From positions 60,454 through 124,453 of the forward strand of contig CAIOYD010000077.1 of NCBI GenBank assembly GCA_903862415.1: a stretch of DNA of 64,000 nt, in the 5' to 3' direction. The position numbers and the translations under genes are program-made. Position 1 is the stretch's first letter. Each line of letters opens with the position of its first letter. Of this stretch, positions 28,534 to 36,238 are shown piece after piece. Source of the stretch: an uncultured Oxalobacteraceae bacterium. Its GTDB lineage: Bacteria; Pseudomonadota; Gammaproteobacteria; Burkholderiales; Burkholderiaceae_D. The notes below the pieces were generated by a model that made no database searches, was not told the DNA's origin, and saw only the letters and a program-made list of their open reading frames with translations.

Positions 28534-29419
28534 GAGCAATTCCAGTGAAGAGCAGCAAATAAATAAACGGCACATGAGCAATGTGCCAGAGCGAAAATAA
28601 TTTCAGCCAGTTGGCCAACTGCGAATACTGAATAATGGCGTCAATATAGTTATCCACCTGATCCTTGGCCATCACATAGTTGAGTCGCAACTGTGTTTTG
28701 GTCCACTTTTGCTTAGCGGCTTCCTTGCCGAGGGTAACTTTAACCGCATGCCGGATCTCGCGTGCCAGCACTTTTCCCTGATGGCGCAAGGTCATAAAAC
28801 GCCACATGCGTTGCGGCATACCATCCAGAGGCGCGGTCGAATACGCATGAAACGTTTTCAGACGCTGTTCAATCACCGGACTTAGCGAAAACACCGAATC
28901 AATATTTTGCTGACTCCAGTTAAGCAAACCTTCCGCTCCGGCCAGGGTCAATTCCTTACCATACAGGCCACGGTGAATATGGCGGTAAACAAAGCGCCCG
29001 ATGACACCGCTGAGCGCCACCAGCAACATCGAATACAGCGCAATACTGCTGTTCATCGAACCGATTTTAAAGGTCGAGTGAAACAGAATCAGCACCGGAC
29101 CGCCTATCCCCATAAACATGTGATAGCGAAACCAGGCTTCCATCCGCCCCAGACGATCAAGCATGCGCACCCGTTTGCGCAACGGATACAGCAGCATGCT
29201 GAGCATCATCAAACCACCAGCCAGACCCAGGTTGTAACCCAGATTGGAACCCGAAGTGAATAAATGCCCTGCTGCCACCAGCCACGCCAACACCAGCACA
29301 AAAAAAATCAATACTGCTACTGAACTACGCCAGACCCACAACATCAGCTTGCCAGATGGCTGACCTTCTAAAGAAATAGTGCTCATTTGAATAAAAAGTT
29401 GTGACGCAATCCGGCTCAC
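28508..29419 (-). CDS. Integral membrane protein, putative dihaem b-type cytochrome (electron entry/exit at the inner membrane)
   Basis: It has about five TM segments. Two helices each carry His-x13-His (YHMFMGIGGPVLILFH and AHVPFIYLLLFTGIAH). It is the first gene of the cytochrome operon. The start is either GTG at 29419 or ATG at 29386. Confidence 0.55.
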   Translation of the reverse strand: MSRIASQLFIQMSTISLEGQPSGKLMLWVWRSSVAVLIFFVLVLAWLVAAGHLFTSGSNLGYNLGLAGGLMMLSMLLYPLRKRVRMLDRLGRMEAWFRYHMFMGIGGPVLILFHSTFKIGSMNSSIALYSMLLVALSGVIGRFVYRHIHRGLYGKELTLAGAEGLLNWSQQNIDSVFSLSPVIEQRLKTFHAYSTAPLDGMPQRMWRFMTLRHQGKVLAREIRHAVKVTLGKEAAKQKWTKTQLRLNYVMAKDQVDNYIDAIIQYSQLANWLKLFSLWHIAHVPFIYLLLFTGIAHVIAVHLY

Positions 29420-29620
29420 TTCAGTAATCAGTCAAGCCAGAATTAGCGCCGTTATTTAATGGGCAAGGGTTAAAAAATTTTTACATAATTTAAATTACCG
29501 TGCATCAATGTTGGTGTAATCTTCATTGCACTATGGATAATGCAGTTAAGCAATGTTGTTTTTAATAATTTTGGCCGCGCACAACGAAATAATTTGTCTC
29601 AATATGTTACAAATGTATTC

Positions 29621-29641
29621 AATGATTGTAAAACAATCATT
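29621..29641. promoter_or_regulatory. Perfect 9-3-9 palindrome (candidate operator) in the divergent promoter region
   Basis: The sequence is AATGATTGT-AAA-ACAATCATT. It lies 72 nt upstream of the ATG at 29713, inside the AT-rich 293-nt intergenic region. Confidence 0.35.
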
Positions 29642-29712
29642 TTTTACTTCTTTCCACATGATAACTGCTGACTATTTCAGCAACATGAACAACCTGCCCT
29701 GAATGATGAACC

Positions 29713-31008
29713 ATGAGTGAAAATGCTTTTTACCTGATTGTGATTGCCATTATTTTGCTGGCCCTGATCGGCCATGTGCGCTCGCTGAACAAAAAATCCT
29801 CGCAATACAAACAGGTACTGCATGAAGCCATCGAAGCCGGTCTGACCGAACCACCCTCACTGCATCCGGTAGTGGATAATTCCATCTGCATGGGTTCCGG
29901 TGCCTGCGTCAAAGGCTGCCCGGAAGCTGCCATGGGCGTCATCAAAGGCAAGGGCTTGCTGATCAGTCCGTCGCACTGCATCGGCCATGGTGCCTGCGCC
30001 CCGGCCTGCCCGGTCGGCGCCATCAAACTGGTGTTTGGTACCGCCAAACGCGGCATGGACATTCCCCAGGTGTCGCCTGAATTTGAAACCACTGTGCCTT
30101 GCTTGTTTATTGCTGGTGAACTCGGCGGCATGGGACTCATCCGCAATGCCGTCAAGCAAGGCACCCAGTCGATCAATACCATCGCCGGACGACCACGCGG
30201 CAAAGCCGATTACGACGTGATTATCATCGGGGCCGGTCCGGCCGGAATTTCGGCCTCACTGGCAGCCAAACAAAGCCATTTGCGCTTTGCCACCATCGAG
30301 CAAGAAGAATCGCTCGGCGGCACCACCTACCACTATCCACGCAATAAACTGGTCATGACCGAACCGATGAATTTACCGCTGATCGGTGAAATCAAGGCGC
30401 GCGAAATCAGCAAGGAAGCGTTGATGGAAATCTGGATCAGCGTGCTCGACCGCGCTGAGCTCGACATCCACTTTGGTGAACGCATGATAGATATCCTGCA
30501 GGAAGACGGCGTGTTCACGGTGAAAACCAGCAAGCAAAGCTACCGTACCGCCAATGTGCTGCTGGCCATAGGCCGACGCGGCACACCCAGAAAGCTCGGC
30601 ACCGCCGGCGAAGAACATCCCAAAGTCGTGTACCGGCTGATTGAAGCCGAACAATACCGTCATCAGCATGTGCTTGTCGTCGGTGGCGGCGATAGTGCGC
30701 TTGAAGCGGCACTCGATGTCAGCGACCAGCCCGGCACCACGGTCACGCTGTCGTATCGGAGTGAAGCGTTCAGCCGGGTAAAGCCGAAAAACCGTCAGCG
30801 ACTTGAACAGGCTGTCACTGCCCAGCGCATCCGGGTAGAGCTGCAGTCGGTGGTGGAATCCATCAGTGCAGAGCAGGTTCAGCTGAAAACCACCAACGGC
30901 CCCGTGGCACTGGAAAATCAGGCGGTGATCGTGTGTGCCGGTGGTGAATTGCCGATACCTATGTTGAAAAAAATCGGCATTCAGGTCGAAGCCCGCTATG
31001 GGGAGTAA
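29713..31008 (+). CDS. Membrane-anchored ferredoxin-domain / FAD-NAD(P)-dependent (thioredoxin-reductase-like) oxidoreductase
   Basis: It has the N-terminal TM FYLIVIAIILLALIG. Two Fe-S motifs are present, CMGSGACVKGCP and CIGHGACAPACP. The dinucleotide folds are DVIIIGAGPAGISASL and HVLVVGGGDSALEAAL. Confidence 0.8.
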   Translation: MSENAFYLIVIAIILLALIGHVRSLNKKSSQYKQVLHEAIEAGLTEPPSLHPVVDNSICMGSGACVKGCPEAAMGVIKGKGLLISPSHCIGHGACAPACPVGAIKLVFGTAKRGMDIPQVSPEFETTVPCLFIAGELGGMGLIRNAVKQGTQSINTIAGRPRGKADYDVIIIGAGPAGISASLAAKQSHLRFATIEQEESLGGTTYHYPRNKLVMTEPMNLPLIGEIKAREISKEALMEIWISVLDRAELDIHFGERMIDILQEDGVFTVKTSKQSYRTANVLLAIGRRGTPRKLGTAGEEHPKVVYRLIEAEQYRHQHVLVVGGGDSALEAALDVSDQPGTTVTLSYRSEAFSRVKPKNRQRLEQAVTAQRIRVELQSVVESISAEQVQLKTTNGPVALENQAVIVCAGGELPIPMLKKIGIQVEARYGE

Positions 31009-31266
31009 TTTCGCTATTTTGTGGTTTTACACACATAAGGAAAAACAGTATCAATGAGGCCGCTATTATTAAATTTCTTGTCGCCACACATTCTTCCATT
31101 GCACGAACCTATAGGGCTGCTGAAACAGCTGTCTCACATGCTGCATTACTGGTTAGTTTAATGATTAAACTTATACACACACCAATAGTACTTAGCGGCT
31201 CAGTCCGTGGCAACCCGGTGTTGTATAAAATTAAACCGTTTTGGAAGTGAAGTAAACCCATCATAG

Positions 31267-31306
31267 CAATTCACCCAACGTATTTTCAACTACGCTGGGT
31301 GAATTG
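31267..31306 (-). terminator. Strong hairpin downstream of the 31343 gene (possible terminator)
   Basis: The stem is CAATTCACCCAACG ... CGCTGGGTGAATTG, 13 of 14 nt complementary, with a 12-nt loop. No clear U-tract follows on the minus strand. Confidence 0.3.
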
Positions 31307-31342
31307 ATTTATCCACGAAAGTCAACGATTGGTGGTTCCAAT

Positions 31343-31720
31343 TTAACGGGCACAACCCCAAATTCCGGACAATAACATTATCCCCGCCAACACTAAGCCA
31401 ATAGCTCCTGCACTGAAAGTTGATATTTGAGCTGTATCATCCATATCAATGGAGTTCAAACCCCATATGAGTAGTGCCCCGGAACCGGCAAAAAATCCAC
31501 TCAGGCCAAATCTGCAGATATGCTGTCCTAAGCCAGATGATTTGTTTTGTACGGCACCCGGTTGCCCGTTATTAAATCCGCCAAAGTTGATAATGATGTC
31601 ATGGTTGGGTGGCTGCTGACCAAGGGTTGGCAAGGAAAACGAGTCAGTTTCGGGGGCAGAGGGTTCTGGCACAAGCCTGTCGGTGTATTTGGGTGGTTTG
31701 TTAATAGCTGGATTCAACAT
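31343..31720 (-). CDS. Hypothetical small protein with two C-terminal hydrophobic segments
   Basis: The ATG at 31720 is preceded by AGGA. The Pro/Gly-rich N-terminal half is followed by GLSGFFAGSGALLIWGL and FSAGAIGLVLAGIMLLSGIWG. I recognise no family. Confidence 0.45.
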   Translation of the reverse strand: MLNPAINKPPKYTDRLVPEPSAPETDSFSLPTLGQQPPNHDIIINFGGFNNGQPGAVQNKSSGLGQHICRFGLSGFFAGSGALLIWGLNSIDMDDTAQISTFSAGAIGLVLAGIMLLSGIWGCAR

Positions 31721-31893
31721 AATTAGTCCTTTAAAAATAATAACGAGAGGGGAAATTTCAGAATCCCGCACGAAAAAATCGACATAATCAATGAAAATTT
31801 AACGTTTCACAATACTGAACTCCCGCCTGAAACAGCGGAATTAACATCGTGTATTTTTCACACCGGTTTCTGAAGATTAAGGTGAAAAAACGC

Positions 31894-32559
31894 TCACAAA
31901 GTTCCACAACATTGTTGCTGCAAATCCTGCAATTGCAGGGTTAGTTCGGGGTGGCTTTCGGGTGACTGGTTGAGTGTTTCAAGCGCGCGCCAGGAGATTT
32001 GTTTTGCCTGCTCTACTTCACCGTTTTTCAAATAACAGTCAGCGGCAAAATAATCCATCAGGGGATCTTTTAAAAAATCTGCACATTGCCGGTAAAACAG
32101 GGCAGCCACTTCAATACCATGCTGACGCCAAAGCAGCGTGGCATTAAAAATATACGGCTGGGGACTGAAGGGGAACAAGGCCAACAATACCGCTATCACG
32201 TCTTGCTCGTGCTGATAATCGCCACAGTCATAAAAACTGTTGGCGGCTTCTGAAAAAAATTCCAGTGCTCTGGGGTTGGTGTGAACAACGGTTTCGATGT
32301 AGTGCTTCATTGCCGCCGGAGTGTGCTGATGCAACTGCAGTTGCTGCACGGTTTCTCTGACAAAACTGTGCTCAGTCTGACCAAGCAATTGCAGGCCCCG
32401 AGAAAAAATGGCTTGCGCCTGTTCGACAGACGCATCGAGTTGTCCGGTCAGATTGGCTTTATAGCGCTCGGCTTCCTGCAAACTGGAAAAGGACAATCCC
32501 TGTTGTTCGATCACGGCGGTAACCACGTCGTCCAACAGTGGGTTGATGGTGTCTTTCAT
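31894..32559 (-). CDS. Hypothetical TPR protein with a SycD/LcrH (class II type III chaperone)-like C-terminal half
   Basis: The ATG is preceded by GGAG. By eye the C-terminal half aligns with SycD. NSFYDCGDYQHEQDVIAVLLALFPFSPQPYIF matches NQYQSGKYEDAHKVFQALCVLDHYDSRFFLG. KDPLMDYFAADCYLKNGEVEQAKQ matches KEPRFPFHAAECLLQKGELAEAES. Confidence 0.45.
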   Translation of the reverse strand: MKDTINPLLDDVVTAVIEQQGLSFSSLQEAERYKANLTGQLDASVEQAQAIFSRGLQLLGQTEHSFVRETVQQLQLHQHTPAAMKHYIETVVHTNPRALEFFSEAANSFYDCGDYQHEQDVIAVLLALFPFSPQPYIFNATLLWRQHGIEVAALFYRQCADFLKDPLMDYFAADCYLKNGEVEQAKQISWRALETLNQSPESHPELTLQLQDLQQQCCGTL

Positions 32560-32662
32560 AGGCGGTCTCCACTAAAATTAAGTTAGTGGTCACCATATTT
32601 TTTTTGGGCTGAAGTAGTGACTGTGGATTTCCCTTATTTATTTTGCACCATAGCAATCCTGA

Positions 32663-33721
32663 TTATTTTCGGCTGCGCAACTGAACCGCTGCGGCGCGCA
32701 ACATTTTTTCGGTGGTTTCCCAATCGACACAGGCATCTGTCACCGAGCAACCGTAGGTCAACTGACTCAGGTCAGCCGGAATTTTTTGATTGCCGGCAAC
32801 CAGATTAGATTCAATCATTAAACCCACTATCGAGCTGTTGCCGTTGACGACCTGATTAATCACGTCCGTCATCACCAGCGGTTGTAATTCCGGCTTTTTG
32901 AAACTGTTGGCATGCGAACAGTCAACCACAATGTTGGCCGGCAGTTTGGCCTTGAGCATGGATTGTTCGGCCATGGCTACAGAAACGGTATCGTAGTTGG
33001 GGCGGCCATCGCCGCCGCGCAACACTACATGGCCGTACTGATTGCCACGGGTGCGCACGATCGCCACCCTGCCCTGATCGTTCAAGCCCAGAAATGAGTG
33101 CGGGTGGGATGCCGATAAGATCGCATTAATGGCGATGCTGATGTCGCCATCGGTGCCGTTTTTAAAGCCGACGGGTGTCGATAAACCGGAAGACATTTCG
33201 CGGTGGGTTTGCGATTCGGTGGTACGTGCGCCGATGGCGGTCCAGGAAATCAGATCACCGAGGTATTGCGGCGAAATCGGGTCGAGTGCTTCGGTACCGG
33301 CCGGCAAACCGAGTTCGCACACGTCGAGCAGAAATTGCCGTGCCAGCTCCATGCCGCGATCGACGTGGAAAGAATCATCCATGTCCGGATCATTGATATA
33401 GCCTTTCCAGCCGGTGGTGGTGCGGGGCTTTTCAAAATACACCCGCATGACCAGCAGCATGGTGTCGGCAACTTCGGCCTGCAGGGCCTGGAGCCGGCGG
33501 GCATAATCCAGACCGGCCAGCGGATCATGGATCGAACAAGGGCCAACCACCACGAACAGGCGCGGATCTTTACGGTCAAGGATAGCCCGCAGGGCTTCGC
33601 GGTTGGTATTCACACTTTCTGCCGCCCGGGACGACAGAGGTACCCTCTGGTGCAGTTGCGCCGGTGTCGGCATGGCATCGAAGGAGGTGACGTTGATATT
33701 TTCCAGGTCTTGGCTATTCAT
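32663..33721 (-). CDS. 3-deoxy-7-phosphoheptulonate (DAHP) synthase, class I
   Basis: Motifs are RLFVVVGPCSIHDP and FEKPRTTTGWKGYINDP. I chose the ATG at 33721 (MNSQDLENINV...), which is colinear with E. coli AroG. Confidence 0.92.
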   Translation of the reverse strand: MNSQDLENINVTSFDAMPTPAQLHQRVPLSSRAAESVNTNREALRAILDRKDPRLFVVVGPCSIHDPLAGLDYARRLQALQAEVADTMLLVMRVYFEKPRTTTGWKGYINDPDMDDSFHVDRGMELARQFLLDVCELGLPAGTEALDPISPQYLGDLISWTAIGARTTESQTHREMSSGLSTPVGFKNGTDGDISIAINAILSASHPHSFLGLNDQGRVAIVRTRGNQYGHVVLRGGDGRPNYDTVSVAMAEQSMLKAKLPANIVVDCSHANSFKKPELQPLVMTDVINQVVNGNSSIVGLMIESNLVAGNQKIPADLSQLTYGCSVTDACVDWETTEKMLRAAAVQLRSRK

Positions 33722-33865
33722 TCTGGTTTCCGGCAGGTGAGTTAATTGGGAACTGGTATTATCTTCGATTTGCTGTGATTGCAACAGGATCAGCCGGCCG
33801 TGTATGATGCGGCCATGTGAATTATTTCTATTTTTTAACCAATCTGACGCTTAAACCGACTTTTC

Positions 33866-34582
33866 ATGACGATACCTGCCATCGAGTTTCAACAAACCGT
33901 GAAGCACTATGACAAAAAAATGGCGCTGCGCCAGATCGATCTTTGCATCGGCAGCGGCGAATTTTTTGGTCTGGTCGGCATGAATGGTGCCGGCAAAACC
34001 ACCTTACTCAAGTGTCTGCTGGATTTTTGCGCCATCGACAGTGGCCAGATCCGTATTTTTGGCGTCAGTCACCGAGAAACCACGGCACGCTCACCGCTGG
34101 CGTTTCTGCCGGAACGGTTTATGCCACCGTATTACCTCAATGGCGGCGATTTTTTGAAGTATATGCTGCGCCTGCAGGGCATTCCCTATGAGCATGCGCG
34201 GGTGCTGGCAATGCTGCAGTCGCTCGATCTGGATGCAACGGCGCTCACCACGCCTGTCCACAATTATTCCAAGGGAATGACGCAAAAACTGGGGCTCGCT
34301 GGCTGCTTTCTGGCCAATAAACAATTATATGTGCTCGATGAGCCGATGAGCGGACTGGACCCGAAAGCGCGCGCGCTGCTTAAAAACCGCCTGCTGGACA
34401 TCAAGACCGGGGGGGGCACGCTGTTTTTCAGCTCGCACGCACTGGCTGATGTCGAGGAAATCTGCGATCGCATGGCAATTTTGCATCACGGCGAGCTGCG
34501 CTTTGTTGGAACCCCGGCGGAGTGTTGTGCACGGTTTGAGGCGGTTACGCTTGAGCAGGCTTATTTGAAATGTATCGGCTAA
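33866..34582 (+). CDS. ABC transporter ATP-binding protein (ABC-2/NosF-like)
   Basis: It has Walker A GMNGAGKTT, the signature YSKGMTQKL, Walker B LYVLDEP and the H-loop SSHAL. Confidence 0.9.
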   Translation: MTIPAIEFQQTVKHYDKKMALRQIDLCIGSGEFFGLVGMNGAGKTTLLKCLLDFCAIDSGQIRIFGVSHRETTARSPLAFLPERFMPPYYLNGGDFLKYMLRLQGIPYEHARVLAMLQSLDLDATALTTPVHNYSKGMTQKLGLAGCFLANKQLYVLDEPMSGLDPKARALLKNRLLDIKTGGGTLFFSSHALADVEEICDRMAILHHGELRFVGTPAECCARFEAVTLEQAYLKCIG

Positions 34583-34588
34583 GTTGAT

Positions 34589-34626
34589 CAGTGGTGTATT
34601 ACGCCCTTTGGGCTCATACACCCTAC
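34589..34626. repeat. REP-like palindromic element, copy 1
   Basis: The sequence is CAGTGGTGTATTACGCCCTTTGGGCTCATACACCCTAC. Arms GGTGTATTA / TCATACACC flank a GC-rich loop. It has the same consensus as the copies at 48945, 54681 (inverted) and 54730. Confidence 0.8.
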
Positions 34627-34734
34627 GAAATTACGGAAACCTTGGTATTAATTTATTTTTTGCCCGCTTTTCCTGCTATCAAAATGGGCGCGTCTGTGTT
34701 TTAATCAAAACATGACTAAAAGAAACAATTTCTC

Positions 34735-36111
34735 ATGTATTTGACTCATTTCGGACTAAAGCAGCTGCCGTTCGGCATGACGCCCGATCCGGATTTCTTT
34801 TTTACTGGCAATAAACGCGGAGAAATTCTGGCGGCACTGCTGTACGCCCTCGAACAGGGTGACGGGATTATCAAAGTCACCGGTGAAGTGGGCAGTGGCA
34901 AAACCATGTTGTGCCGCATGCTCGAAAGCCGCCTGCCGGCGCAGATTGAAGTCATCTATCTGGTCAATCCTACCCTCACACGTGAGCAGGTGATGTACAC
35001 CATCGCCGGCGAACTGGAGTTGCCAATACAGGGCAAACGGGCGGACGAAGTGATCCGCATGTTGCATGTGGCCTTAATTGAAAAACATATTCACGGCAAA
35101 CAAGTGGTGTTGCTGGTCGAAGAAGCGCAAGCCATGTCACTGGAAACGCTGGAAGAAATCCGGCTGTTTTCCAATCTGGAAACCGCCCACCATAAACTGC
35201 TGCAGATCGTGCTGTTTGGTCAGCCGGAGCTGGATGTACATTTGAATCTGACTCGTATGCGGCAGCTCAGGGAACGGATTACCAACAGTTTTAAGGTTCC
35301 ACCACTGACATCGACCAATCTACCCGAATACCTCAAATTTCGCCTGCGCGCGGCCGGCTATCACGGCCCTGACCTGTTCAGCAGCGGCGCGGCGGGTCTG
35401 ATCGGGCAGGTTTCCAAAGGGATCGTCAGACGTATCAGCATTCTGGCCGACAAGGCATTGCTGGCGGCGTTTGCCGATAATGCCAATACCGTCATGGTCA
35501 AACATGTCCGGGCTGCCATCCGCGACAGCGAATTTTCTCAACCGGTCTTCACCAGAATGCGCGTGGCCATTTCGGTGGCACTGCTGCTCCTGCTGACGTT
35601 GGGATGGTTGGGCTGGCATTTTTCCGCACCCCGGCCAGCCGTGGCCAGTCCGGCAGTCAAGGTACTTGCACGCAGCGCGCCGGCCGTGACCGTTTTACCC
35701 GTCAGCCCGGCAAAACCACTCCCCGTGACGCCTGCCGCCACAGAAACACCGGTCGTTCAGAGTGCGGTTTTGCCCAGGCCATCGACCTTCGATCAACGCT
35801 TATTGCTCAGTAAAAGCTGGTTAGAGCAGCAATCTTCTGACCATTACAGCATCCAGCTGGCCCTCATTGCCAGCCTGGATCAGGCCGAAATGGGCCGGAT
35901 TTTGCACCGGCTGGAAACGGAAATGGGACTCGAACACATCTATGTCTATACATCCTCAAAAAACTCTGCTGGCCGTATTGGCGTTCTGTATGGCAGCTAT
36001 GCCAGCCGGGCCGAAGCGCTGAGCATGCTCGATCAACTGACCCTGCGCTGGGGTTACCGGGCACAGTTACGTACCATAGGCGGCATCAAAAAGGAAATCA
36101 CTGCCTCCTGA
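34735..36111 (+). CDS. mshM: ExeA/GspA/MshM-family AAA ATPase with a C-terminal SPOR-like domain
   Basis: The N-terminus is MYLTHFGLKQLPFGMTPDPDFFF...VTGEVGSGKTMLCR. It has a mid-protein TM. The C-terminus HYSIQLALIASLDQAE...RIGVLYGSYASRAEALSML is SPOR-like. Confidence 0.75.
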   Translation: MYLTHFGLKQLPFGMTPDPDFFFTGNKRGEILAALLYALEQGDGIIKVTGEVGSGKTMLCRMLESRLPAQIEVIYLVNPTLTREQVMYTIAGELELPIQGKRADEVIRMLHVALIEKHIHGKQVVLLVEEAQAMSLETLEEIRLFSNLETAHHKLLQIVLFGQPELDVHLNLTRMRQLRERITNSFKVPPLTSTNLPEYLKFRLRAAGYHGPDLFSSGAAGLIGQVSKGIVRRISILADKALLAAFADNANTVMVKHVRAAIRDSEFSQPVFTRMRVAISVALLLLLTLGWLGWHFSAPRPAVASPAVKVLARSAPAVTVLPVSPAKPLPVTPAATETPVVQSAVLPRPSTFDQRLLLSKSWLEQQSSDHYSIQLALIASLDQAEMGRILHRLETEMGLEHIYVYTSSKNSAGRIGVLYGSYASRAEALSMLDQLTLRWGYRAQLRTIGGIKKEITAS

Positions 36112-36238
36112 ATTTGTGGTTTTAAAGAAAGTCATTTACACATTTTTGACTCTAAGAGTTTGCCGATTGGGCTTTTCTGGCCTAATATTGAATAATTGCA
36201 ATATTTCTATGAGTTACTAACTCTTACCTTATCCTCTG

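Noticed and set aside
29621-29641. Interpreting the 21-bp palindrome as a Fur box, i.e. iron regulation of the cytochrome operon.
   Set aside because: Only the outer hexamers AATGAT/ATCATT match. The spacing between them is 9 nt against 1 nt in the 19-bp Fur consensus. I keep it only as an unassigned dyad.
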